Source: a virus
Taxonomy: Duplodnaviria > Caudoviricetes
IMG/VR virus record: IMGVR_UViG_3300020287_000001
Location: 1-58,648 of that record
Strand: one strand, 5' to 3'
Length of the DNA: 58,648 nt
In this document: one piece after another, positions 20,243 to 28,817 of the stretch
How positions within the stretch are numbered: position 1 is the stretch's first letter
How the letters are laid out: every line of letters begins with the position of its first letter
The notes under the pieces: generated by a model
What the model was told of the DNA's origin: nothing
The model's input: the letters and a program-made list of their open reading frames with translations, nothing else
Databases searched by the model: none
Made by a program: the position numbers and the translations under genes

Positions 20243-21775
20243 ATGTGGGAAACTTTTAGTTCCATATTTGATGGACTGGAAGAAGCCTTTGGAACGTATA
20301 AAATAGATAAGACCCAGACCAATGGTAAGAAGTCTGGTAGAGCGTCCCTAGTAAGGGAACCACGGACCAAGGATCATTGGTTGGGTCATCTGTCAGGCAA
20401 AGGCGACTCTCTCGGTATCATCCCGATCAACGCTAACTCACAGTGCAAGTGGGGGTGCATAGATATAGATATGTATCCTTTGGACCACAAAGTGTTAGTG
20501 CAGAAGATCAGAAAGATGAAACTACCTCTGGTTGTGTGTAGATCAAAGAGCGGTGGCGCACATTGCTTCTTGTTCTGCATGGACTGGATTGATGCCAAGG
20601 ATATGCAACAAACTTTGCAACACATATCTGCATCGCTTGGGTACGGCCAAAGCGAGATATTTCCAAAACAGATAAAACTACACCTAGATAGAGGAGATGT
20701 AGGTAATTTTCTAAACCTACCGTATTACGACGCTGAGGGCGGTCTCAGGTACGGTATCAAGGACGATGGCACCTCTGCGACCTTAGAAGAGTTTATAGCG
20801 CTGTACGAGCAATATAAGCAGACTATTGAACAGATTGTATCGCTACAGATAGAAGAAACGCCTGACACAACTATAAAAGACGGACCACCATGCTTACAGA
20901 CGCTATGTGCGGGTAAGATAAGTGAGGGTGGACGCAATAACGGATTATTTAATATCGCAGTGTATCTGCGCAAAGCATACCCAGACAGCTGGGAGACAGA
21001 GATACTTACATACAACATGACATTCTTGGACCCACCGCTTCCTTTATCAGAGGTCAATATAGTGGCTAACCAAGCTAAGAAGAAAGATTACGCCTACAAA
21101 TGCAGTGATGCACCGATTAATGCGCACTGTAACAAAGAGTTGTGCAGAACTAGGATGCACGGCGTAGGATCAGCCGTACAAGGTGCAACCATAGCTAACC
21201 TTAGAAAGTACAACTCTATACCACCTGTGTGGTTCATGGATGTAAGTGGAGAGCCTTTGGAGCTCGATACAGAAGCGCTACTATCACAGCCTACCTTCCA
21301 GAAGGCTTGTCTTGAACAGCTGAACTTCATGCCAAGAACAGTAAGCAAGCAAGTGTGGGAGGCTCGTATTGGTGCGCTAATGACAGAGATGAAAGAAAAT
21401 GAAGCAGCAATTATAGAAGTTGCAGAAGATGCAAGCACCAGTGGTCAGTTCTATGATTACCTAGAAGAGTTCTGTAGTCATCTACAGCAAGCTCAGGAAA
21501 GAGAAGAGATATTATTAAGACGGCCTTGGACAGACGAAGAGGCTAACTTAACTTACTTTAGGCTTCGTGATTTTGAGAACTTCCTCAAGAAGAATAAGTT
21601 CTTTGATTACAAGTCACACAAGATTGCCCAGCGCTTACGGGATATAAATGGGTCCAGTTTGGTTATGAAAATAAGTAACCGTTCCGTTCGCGTTTGGGCA
21701 ATACCATCATATAGTAACATGGATCATCAATTTAATACACCTGATATGGGTCCAAAAGAAAAGGAACCTTTTTAA
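20243..21775 (+). CDS. AEP-superfamily primase with PriCT-like domain
   Basis: WGCIDID, RSKSGGAH catalytic motifs; EGGRNNGLF...PPL...EV PriCT-like segment. Confidence 0.8.
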   Translation: MWETFSSIFDGLEEAFGTYKIDKTQTNGKKSGRASLVREPRTKDHWLGHLSGKGDSLGIIPINANSQCKWGCIDIDMYPLDHKVLVQKIRKMKLPLVVCRSKSGGAHCFLFCMDWIDAKDMQQTLQHISASLGYGQSEIFPKQIKLHLDRGDVGNFLNLPYYDAEGGLRYGIKDDGTSATLEEFIALYEQYKQTIEQIVSLQIEETPDTTIKDGPPCLQTLCAGKISEGGRNNGLFNIAVYLRKAYPDSWETEILTYNMTFLDPPLPLSEVNIVANQAKKKDYAYKCSDAPINAHCNKELCRTRMHGVGSAVQGATIANLRKYNSIPPVWFMDVSGEPLELDTEALLSQPTFQKACLEQLNFMPRTVSKQVWEARIGALMTEMKENEAAIIEVAEDASTSGQFYDYLEEFCSHLQQAQEREEILLRRPWTDEEANLTYFRLRDFENFLKKNKFFDYKSHKIAQRLRDINGSSLVMKISNRSVRVWAIPSYSNMDHQFNTPDMGPKEKEPF

Positions 21776-22005
21776 TGGTTAAGATGTTTGTTTTAATCTG
21801 TGTTGTATGGGTAGAAGGCAGTCGCCATGATGGTGGCGAAACAAAATGTATTATGCACCAAAGTCAAGTGCATTATGCAAACATAGATCAATGTCGTGCC
21901 GATATACCTAAAAGTAGATTTTTAATTGAAAGAGGCATCTTTGATAATTTTGGAGAAGAGCCCGTTGATTATACAATAAGTGCAAGTTGTTTTGAAGGAG
22001 TGTAA
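21775..22005 (+). CDS. Small Cys-containing hypothetical protein
   Basis: Coupled TAATG start; hydrophobic N-terminus. Confidence 0.65.
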   Translation: MVKMFVLICVVWVEGSRHDGGETKCIMHQSQVHYANIDQCRADIPKSRFLIERGIFDNFGEEPVDYTISASCFEGV

Positions 22006-22299
22006 ATGACAGACGAAAGACTAGTTAAGGCTAACGGCCTAGAAGATGCAATCATTGGCGTGGGTAGCCGTATGAATATGCCCGACGTACTGATCTACAG
22101 CTACAACAAATGCGTAAAGATCTTTATGGAAAGAGAAGGATGGACGCACGAAGAAGCCATTGAGTGGATGGATTTTAACGTAGTCGGTGCATGGGTAGGA
22201 GAAACAACACCTATCTTTGTACACGAGATACCGTCTGACCAGAAGATAGATGAGTTCTTAGAGGAGCTTGGCTTCGACCAGCCCGCTAACGACAACTAA
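22006..22299 (+). CDS. Conserved phage hypothetical protein
   Basis: RBS GAAGGAG; EEA.EW.DFN..GAWVG..TP motif. Confidence 0.75.
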   Translation: MTDERLVKANGLEDAIIGVGSRMNMPDVLIYSYNKCVKIFMEREGWTHEEAIEWMDFNVVGAWVGETTPIFVHEIPSDQKIDEFLEELGFDQPANDN

Positions 22300-23810
22300 T
22301 GTTTAGAATCTTTGGACCACCCGGCACGGGCAAGACAACTACGTTACTTAATATGGTAGACGAACAGCTACAAAAGGGCACGAACCCTAACCACATAGCG
22401 TTCCTCGCCTTTACAAAGAAAGCGGCTAACGAGGCAAAAGAAAGAGCCGCCAAGCGTTTCAACCTAGATCCAGACGAAGACCTTTGTTTCTTCAGGACTT
22501 TACACTCACTAGCGCTGTCCATGACTGAGATAAGAACAGAACAAGTCATGTCAGGCATACACTATCAGGAGCTGTCCAAGAAGATTGGTATTAGCCTTAG
22601 TAAATCGCCGTCACTAGATGCAGAGATACAAGATTTACAAAACAACGATCATCCCATACTTAACACAATCAACTTGGCACGGCTCAAGAAGATAGACGTA
22701 AGACAGCTCTACAACGAGACATACATAGAGTATGACTGGAACACAGTTAACTATGTCCACCAGTGCTACAAAGAATACAAGCTCAAAAACAATCTCTATG
22801 ATTTTACAGATATGCTCCAGAGCTTCATTGACAGCGCCGATCAATGCTGTCCCACATTTCAGGTTACATTTCTAGATGAAGCACAGGATCTAAGTCCTTT
22901 GCAGTGGGACATAGCCCACGCCCTTGATAAGAAGTCCAAGTTTATGTTTGCAGCTGGGGACGATGACCAAGCCATATATAGATGGGCCGGAGCTGACGTA
23001 GAGCATTTCATAGCTCTGGACGGCTCAAGCGAAACTCTGTCGCAGTCGTTTCGTGTACCAAGATCAATACACGCCGTAGCAGAACAGATAGTCGGCAGGA
23101 TAAAACACAGATACCCAAAGCGCTACCAACCAAAAGATGAGAACGGTTCTGTCAAGCACATAGCCCGTATAGATGACATTGATCTGTCTGAAGGCCAGTG
23201 GCTTATTATGGCTCAGGCCGGTTACATACTGAACCCAGTCGCTGAGACCCTGAAGTCTCTGGGGTTACTCTATAATCACAAAGGTCACAGATCTATCTCG
23301 GCTAGAATATCTGCGGCAGTGAATGGCTGGGAACAGCTCCGTAAAGGACGATCTATTACATTAGAAGCGGCTCGTGATGTTTACAGCTACATGAGCACCG
23401 GCACACGGGTCAAGCGTGGGTTTAAAAAGCTGTCTGGATTAGATAGCGACGTATTACTGGACATGACGTTCTTGCAAGAGCAGTGCGGTTTGCTAGTCGG
23501 CGATGAGCTGATATGGCACAAGGCGCTCGATAGATTGCCTGAAGAACAGCGTGTCTACATAACAGCTTTGTTAAGACGAGGAGAGAAGTTCAATGCAGAG
23601 CCTCGCATCACAGTGTCCACGATACACGGAGCCAAGGGCGGAGAGGCGGATAATGTGATCTTGTTTACAGATCTATCTCCCGCGGCTGACGAGGCTTTTC
23701 GTATAGGCAACGACGATGTTCACAGAGTGTTTTACGTTGCCGTCACACGAGCTAAACAAAATCTGTATATAATAGAACCAGAAGATAATAACAGGAGCTA
23801 CTATATATGA
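22299..23810 (+). CDS. UvrD/Rep-like SF1 DNA helicase
   Basis: GPPGTGKT, DEAQD, GDDDQAIY, STIHGAKGGE, YVAVTRA motifs. Confidence 0.93.
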   Translation: MFRIFGPPGTGKTTTLLNMVDEQLQKGTNPNHIAFLAFTKKAANEAKERAAKRFNLDPDEDLCFFRTLHSLALSMTEIRTEQVMSGIHYQELSKKIGISLSKSPSLDAEIQDLQNNDHPILNTINLARLKKIDVRQLYNETYIEYDWNTVNYVHQCYKEYKLKNNLYDFTDMLQSFIDSADQCCPTFQVTFLDEAQDLSPLQWDIAHALDKKSKFMFAAGDDDQAIYRWAGADVEHFIALDGSSETLSQSFRVPRSIHAVAEQIVGRIKHRYPKRYQPKDENGSVKHIARIDDIDLSEGQWLIMAQAGYILNPVAETLKSLGLLYNHKGHRSISARISAAVNGWEQLRKGRSITLEAARDVYSYMSTGTRVKRGFKKLSGLDSDVLLDMTFLQEQCGLLVGDELIWHKALDRLPEEQRVYITALLRRGEKFNAEPRITVSTIHGAKGGEADNVILFTDLSPAADEAFRIGNDDVHRVFYVAVTRAKQNLYIIEPEDNNRSYYI

Positions 23811-24121
23811 GACATTTAGAGTATATGAAGATGAAATTGAAGGAGGAAGAGATGAAAGATATGGTAAACAAGCCTGAGCATTATACAAGTAGCTCTATTG
23901 AAACCATAGACATAATTGAATCTATTACGGCTGAGGGCTTTCATTATTATCTTGAAGGTAATATACTCAAATACTTAGCTCGTTATAGACACAAAAACGG
24001 TATCCAAGATTTACAGAAAGCACAGTGGTACCTTAACAAACTTATAGAGGTACAATATGACACTTCAGATGGCGATGTTCACACCGAAGTCAGAATGGAT
24101 TCCACCACACGAACTACCTGA
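23807..24121 (+). CDS. DUF3310 protein (T7 gp1.7-like nucleotide kinase family)
   Basis: VNKPEHY...IETID...GNILKYL.RY..KNG..DL.KA.WYL. Confidence 0.85.
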   Translation: MRHLEYMKMKLKEEEMKDMVNKPEHYTSSSIETIDIIESITAEGFHYYLEGNILKYLARYRHKNGIQDLQKAQWYLNKLIEVQYDTSDGDVHTEVRMDSTTRTT

Positions 24122-26003
24122 CATAACCGGTGCCAACACAATAGCAATAGACGTTGAGACCAGAGACCCTGATATTAAACAGAGCGGCCCCGGATGGCCA
24201 ACTGGCAACGGCGAGATTGTCGGCTATGCCGTGGCTACCGAATATTGGAAAGGTTACCTACCAATCAAGCATATGGGCGGTGGCAATCTTGACGAGCGCA
24301 TAGTCAACAACTGGATGAAGAAAGTCTGTGAGTGCCCAGCTGATAAGATCATGCACAATGCACAGTACGACGCTGGTTGGCTACGGCGCACGGGTTTTAC
24401 AATCAACGGCCGTATCATTGATACTATGGTCATAGCATCGCTACTTGATGAAAACCGATACAGCTTCAGCCTAAACGCTCTAGCCTACGACTATCTTAAT
24501 AAAACCAAGTCTGAAAAGGGACTGACCGAAGCAGCAGTCGAGTTTGGCGTAGATCCCAAGGGCGAGCTCTGGAAACTACCGTCTATGTATGTAGGCCCAT
24601 ATGCAGAAACTGATGCTGTGCTTACTCTTGAATTATGGAATTGTTTCAAGAACCTTATGATCCAAGAAGACATACAAACCGTCGTTGATCTTGAGATGAA
24701 AGTCCTACCCGTGTTGATTGATATGACATGGCGCGGTGTCCGTGTAGATACAGACCGCGTTGAGCGGACCAGAGATTACTTATTAAAAGAAGAAAAGAAT
24801 GTCTACAAGCGGATCAAGGATCTAACTAACGAGAACGTAGAGATATGGGCCGCCGCTTCGCTTGCCAAAGCCTTTGATAGTGTAAGCTTGCCATATCCAA
24901 AGACTGACAAGGGCGCACCAAGCTTTACCAAAGCGTTTCTATCCGAGCATACACACGAGCTACCTAAGCTGATCTTGCGCTGTCGTGAGCTAAACAAGAC
25001 CCACGGGACATTTATCAGCACTATTATGAAGTATACCACGCCTCAAGGACGCATACACGGGCACATAAATCAGATCAGATCTGACGATGGAGGCACGGTA
25101 TCAGGGCGAATCAGCATGAACCACCCTAATCTACAGCAGATACCGGCCCGTGATCCACAGCTCGGTCCGATGATTCGCTCGCTGTTTCTACCTGAAGAAG
25201 GCGAAAAGTGGTGTAGTTTAGACTACTCGCAACAAGAACCACGGATCTTGGTGCATTATGCTAACGCTTACGGCAGATCATTAGGTAACGAGCTCAAGTC
25301 AGTTAACGAATTTGTCCAAGGCTACGTCACAAACCCCGATATGGATTTCCATACGATGGTTGCAGAGATGGCAAGGATACCGAGAAAGCAAGCCAAGACT
25401 ATCAATCTGGGCCTAATTTACGGTATGGGCGTCAATAAACTGTCCGATCAGCTCGATATAGGCGTCGATGAAGCCAAAGATCTTATCAAGCAGTACCATG
25501 AGCGCGTTCCATTCGTTAAGTTTTTGATGAATGGCGTGATGAATAAGCTCAATGGGCGTGAAAGTTCAGGGTCAATACGGTCCATTTTGGGCAGAAAGTG
25601 CAGATTTAACCTATGGGAGCCTGATAGTTTTGCTCTAAACAAGGCGCTACCGTACAAAGAAGCTGTAAATGAATACGGTCCGACTACGAAACTGAAGCGA
25701 GCGTACACATACAAAGCGCTGAACCGGCTGATACAAGCCTCAGCGGCTGATATGACCAAGCAAGCTATGGTCAACATACACGAAAAAGGCATTATTCCGT
25801 TGATACAGATACATGATGAGGTGGCTTTTTCATCAAACAGCCAAGAAAAAATAAAAATGGTTGCATCTATTATGGAAAGTGCCGTACCATTAAGTGTCCC
25901 TAGTAAGGTGGACATAGAAGTGGGGCCTTCGTGGGGCGAAACTAAAAGTAGTTCCTCCTTAGAAGCACCCCCAGTAACTCGCATTGGGGGTGCTGATGAG
26001 TGA
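24057..26003 (+). CDS. polA: DNA polymerase family A with 3'-5' exonuclease
   Basis: DVET exo I, HNAQYD, DYSQQEPR motif A, KTINLGLIYG motif B, QIHDE motif C. Confidence 0.95.
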   Translation: MTLQMAMFTPKSEWIPPHELPDITGANTIAIDVETRDPDIKQSGPGWPTGNGEIVGYAVATEYWKGYLPIKHMGGGNLDERIVNNWMKKVCECPADKIMHNAQYDAGWLRRTGFTINGRIIDTMVIASLLDENRYSFSLNALAYDYLNKTKSEKGLTEAAVEFGVDPKGELWKLPSMYVGPYAETDAVLTLELWNCFKNLMIQEDIQTVVDLEMKVLPVLIDMTWRGVRVDTDRVERTRDYLLKEEKNVYKRIKDLTNENVEIWAAASLAKAFDSVSLPYPKTDKGAPSFTKAFLSEHTHELPKLILRCRELNKTHGTFISTIMKYTTPQGRIHGHINQIRSDDGGTVSGRISMNHPNLQQIPARDPQLGPMIRSLFLPEEGEKWCSLDYSQQEPRILVHYANAYGRSLGNELKSVNEFVQGYVTNPDMDFHTMVAEMARIPRKQAKTINLGLIYGMGVNKLSDQLDIGVDEAKDLIKQYHERVPFVKFLMNGVMNKLNGRESSGSIRSILGRKCRFNLWEPDSFALNKALPYKEAVNEYGPTTKLKRAYTYKALNRLIQASAADMTKQAMVNIHEKGIIPLIQIHDEVAFSSNSQEKIKMVASIMESAVPLSVPSKVDIEVGPSWGETKSSSSLEAPPVTRIGGADE

Positions 26004-26187
26004 AGAACGATTTGAAGACTGTCCAATAGCCGTAAACGAGAAGGATTACGAGCGTCATGTGCCAGTTCCATACTATAATTTTTATGTAAACGCCTTAAAT
26101 TCACACAAACGAAGTGAAATTATCAGTCCGAACGGCGTAGACGCCGAATATGGAGCTTACCGCAAAAGAAAAAAGGCTCAAGAATAA
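25996..26187 (+). CDS. Hypothetical protein
   Basis: Short ORF overlapping polA end, followed by a hairpin. Confidence 0.55.
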   Translation: MSEERFEDCPIAVNEKDYERHVPVPYYNFYVNALNSHKRSEIISPNGVDAEYGAYRKRKKAQE

Positions 26188-26199
26188 CCTTGAGCCTTT
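26172..26199. terminator. Hairpin at end of replication operon
   Basis: AAAGGCTCAAG / CTTGAGCCTTT inverted repeat. Confidence 0.55.
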
Positions 26200-26264
26200 G
26201 TGATGTGTGTAGGAACTAAAATCCTACGAAATAAATCCTTAATATACAAGCTTTTTCTTGAAAT

Positions 26265-26292
26265 ATCATATAAAATCGCATAATATCCTACA
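26265..26292 (+). promoter_or_regulatory. Three tandem operator half-sites at 10-bp spacing upstream of RHH gene
   Basis: ATCATATA (26265), ATCGCATA (26275), ATCCTACA (26285). Confidence 0.6.
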
Positions 26293-26305
26293 AAAGGAGA
26301 TAATT

Positions 26306-26503
26306 ATGGATACAACTAAGTGGAAAAGTGTTCTTGTACCGATAGATGTCTACGAAAAAATCAAGCAATCTGCTAAAAAAGAAGGCCGGACAATAGGCGG
26401 CCAGCTCAGATATATATATTCACAATATAAATCTGAAGAGCAGCAGAGAGTTGAAGAGTTCGTTGAAGCTAATATGAAGCGAATCAACCAAGTTTCTAAG
26501 TGA
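26306..26503 (+). CDS. Ribbon-helix-helix (Arc/CopG-like) DNA-binding protein
   Basis: RBS AAGGAG; KSVLVP beta strand, DVYEKIKQSAKKEGRT.GGQL helix-turn pattern. Confidence 0.7.
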   Translation: MDTTKWKSVLVPIDVYEKIKQSAKKEGRTIGGQLRYIYSQYKSEEQQRVEEFVEANMKRINQVSK

Positions 26504-26708
26504 CACGCTCTTTATTTTGCATGATACTCGATACCTGAACGCCCAAATTATATAAAGCGTCTGCCATGGGCCCGTCAGATGCCTTTTTTCCCCTACTAGA
26601 TACAAATATTTCCACCGCCTCGTTAGTTTCTGGGTGGTATGATACACTAACGGCTAGTCCTTCTCCAACGTCAGTCGTGATGCATGGTCGTCTGTTTGGT
26701 AAATCCAT
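26496..26708 (-). CDS. Stand-alone TSCPD/NrdJb-like mini protein
   Basis: RBS AGGAGG; LPNRR...V.V.Y......VEIF....GK pattern like class II RNR C-terminal domain. Confidence 0.55.
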   Translation of the reverse strand: MDLPNRRPCITTDVGEGLAVSVSYHPETNEAVEIFVSSRGKKASDGPMADALYNLGVQVSSIMQNKERVT

Positions 26709-26912
26709 TTATTTCCTCCTTTTTTTATCGGTCTATGGTTAATTTTGTGACATTTACAGGTTGATGCGTATTTTTTTCCGCCACAAGTACAACATATTGT
26801 CACTGGTCTACCCCTAAATGTTTGATTGGTCATAACTACTAACTATAAATAACTTTTTTTATAATAACAGTCTTGACTTTTATTTTTTTTTAAAAGTGTG
26901 TTACAGTAAAGT

Positions 26913-27674
26913 ATGGACCCGTTGACAATTACCGCAGCTATGAGCGTGGCTAATAGCGCTTTTAATGCAATCAAGCAAGGATTTGCCGCAGCTAAAGATA
27001 TTGAATCAATGGCTTCAGACGTCGGACGTTGGATGGGAGCTGTGTCTGATATAGATAATGCGGAGAAACAAGCCAAAAATCCTCCCCTATTTGGTAAGTT
27101 ATTCAAGGCCGGTTCTATCGAAGAGGCAGCTCTCGCTGCTTACGCAGCAAAGAAGAAGTTGGAAGAACAGCGCTACGAGCTAAAAATATTTCTTAACATG
27201 ACTTACGGGCCACAAGCTTATGATGATTTGCTTAAAATGGAAGGGCAGATTAGAAAACAACGGCAAGAAACTATTTACAAACAACAACAGCTCAGACGTC
27301 AAATAGGCGAAGCTGTAACTTGGTTGATAGTTGTATCAATTATCGGTGGTTTTGCTGTGCTGGTGGCTAGTATCTGGGTAAAAAAAGCAAAAGCTGATGG
27401 CTACACCTTCACGCCTCGTGCTTATACTAAACAACAATTAGAAAATCAGGGTAAGATTGATAAGAAAAAGTACACGACTTGCAGACTTAAAAAGAGAATC
27501 ACATCAAAGTATACAGACAAAAGAGCTTGTATCTATCAAGGCGGCAATAAAACATTTACAATGTTAATTGAAAGCTGGTGCCCGAAAAAGTACAAATGTG
27601 TCTATGATCCAAACGGCACGGAGCCTGATATAGATAAAGTTATGGAGAGTTTGAGAAGTATAGGTAAAAAATAA
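26913..27674 (+). CDS. Membrane-anchored conserved marine phage protein
   Basis: MDP.T...A..AF..IK.G N-terminus, one TM helix, Cys-containing C-terminal domain. Confidence 0.75.
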   Translation: MDPLTITAAMSVANSAFNAIKQGFAAAKDIESMASDVGRWMGAVSDIDNAEKQAKNPPLFGKLFKAGSIEEAALAAYAAKKKLEEQRYELKIFLNMTYGPQAYDDLLKMEGQIRKQRQETIYKQQQLRRQIGEAVTWLIVVSIIGGFAVLVASIWVKKAKADGYTFTPRAYTKQQLENQGKIDKKKYTTCRLKKRITSKYTDKRACIYQGGNKTFTMLIESWCPKKYKCVYDPNGTEPDIDKVMESLRSIGKK

Positions 27675-27711
27675 GTTTGACAGCGTATATAAATATATGC
27701 GATAACAAATC

Positions 27712-27806
27712 TAAGAGTAAGTACCCTTTTCATTTGCTCTTATCCTATATAAAATGTGATAAAGCTCCGAGTTTCGTGTCCTCCATGTTTCCTCGGAGCT
27801 TTTTTT
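27712..27806 (+). ncRNA. Candidate trans-acting antisense small RNA (hairpin - 18-nt linker - terminator hairpin)
   Basis: TTGACA at 27677; stems 27712-22/27732-42 and 27761-71/27792-802; U-tail; linker complementary to RBS leaders. Confidence 0.55.
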
Positions 27807-27807
27807 A

Positions 27808-27837
27808 TTGACAAACGTATAAGATAAATCCTATAAC
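27808..27837 (+). promoter_or_regulatory. Promoter with operator in spacer
   Basis: TTGACA-18-TATAAC; TATAAGATAAATCCTATA at 27818-27835. Confidence 0.75.
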
Positions 27838-27842
27838 TGTAT

Positions 27843-27924
27843 GTGTGGAGTGTTTAGCTCGTTCAGGACTGTGGTAGATCTCAGCATTTATCTTAGTGAC
27901 GTAACCTCAAGGCGCTCCACACCA
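27843..27924 (+). other. Structured leader RNA closed by a 13-bp stem, ending ACCA
   Basis: GTGTGGAGTGTTT pairs with AGGCGCTCCACAC. Confidence 0.45.
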
Positions 27925-27944
27925 AACTTATATAGGAGAAAACT

Positions 27945-28187
27945 ATGAAAAAAGAAAAAGAAGATTGGGAAATAAAGCGAGATAAAGAGATCGCAGAAAA
28001 ACAAAAAGCTATGGGAGCTATGACTGTCGGACAGCTGCAAGCGGTTCACGATGCTTACAACGCTATAAACACCGCTATGATTAGCATAAGAGATATTAAT
28101 GACCTTATGTTATCTGATATCAAAGACCTAGATGAAGCTTGTTATAAGTTATTTGATGAATTTAACATGAGGGGTAGTGATGGCTAG
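27945..28187 (+). CDS. Hypothetical protein
   Basis: TATATAGGAG leader. Confidence 0.75.
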   Translation: MKKEKEDWEIKRDKEIAEKQKAMGAMTVGQLQAVHDAYNAINTAMISIRDINDLMLSDIKDLDEACYKLFDEFNMRGSDG

Positions 28188-28365
28188 AGGATACAATAAA
28201 TTATATATGGATATTACCCTTGAGTTTTTAGGCAACATGGTTGTTGAAAAAAAGAAACAAGTAGAATGTGAGCCTAATGAACCAATGTGGAAAGAAGAAT
28301 TAACTCAGCTAGAAAGGACTATCGGCCTAGTTGAAATGGAAAAGGAGTCGATTGAAAATGATTAG
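28180..28365 (+). CDS. Hypothetical protein
   Basis: Coupled ORF, RBS GAGG. Confidence 0.65.
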   Translation: MARGYNKLYMDITLEFLGNMVVEKKKQVECEPNEPMWKEELTQLERTIGLVEMEKESIEND

Positions 28366-28675
28366 AGAACAAGAAGGTAAGTTTAGTTGTACCGATTGTG
28401 GCTACGTCTACAGCTCCATGCTTGGAGATGACGAAGTTCCTGATACTTGTAGTCAATGTGACGTTTATTACGACGATGGTAAGCCGGTATATAATCACAA
28501 GCCGATTGACGATGATAGCATTGAGCCTAACAAAGAATGTAGTCAATGTGATGTTGAGTATACTTGTTTTGATTGTGAAATAGATCAAATCAGGACAAGA
28601 TACCCTGACGCTCGGTATGTAGATAGTGATGAATGGGTAGTGCCTAATAACAAGGAGGATGCAAATGGAAAATAG
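28358..28675 (+). CDS. Zinc-ribbon protein (four CxxC)
   Basis: CTDC, CSQC, CSQC, CFDC; RBS AAGGAG. Confidence 0.7.
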   Translation: MIREQEGKFSCTDCGYVYSSMLGDDEVPDTCSQCDVYYDDGKPVYNHKPIDDDSIEPNKECSQCDVEYTCFDCEIDQIRTRYPDARYVDSDEWVVPNNKEDANGK

Positions 28676-28817
28676 ATATTACGTTAAACTTTATTGGTCT
28701 CACACGGGTAATCTGTCTAAACAAGAAGTTAGTTTTATGATAGAAGCTGATAGTAAAGATCAAATAAAACAAATGATAGATCCAAAACACGAAATTTTAG
28801 AAATAACTAGGGTCTGA
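28665..28817 (+). CDS. Small hypothetical protein (50 aa, not in ORF track)
   Basis: RBS AGGAGG; MENRYYVKLYW...EITRV; stop overlaps MTase start. Confidence 0.7.
   Translation: MENRYYVKLYWSHTGNLSKQEVSFMIEADSKDQIKQMIDPKHEILEITRV

Noticed and set aside
27602-27733. Minus-strand 43-aa hydrophobic ORF with AGGA RBS (type I toxin-like alternative to the sRNA)
   Set aside because: Overlaps the 26913 gene antisense; hairpin G-U pairs and the U-tail favour a + strand RNA; not fully excluded
27845-27924. Canonical tRNA gene
   Set aside because: No TTCRA T-loop or proper D and anticodon arms; kept only as a structured-RNA candidate
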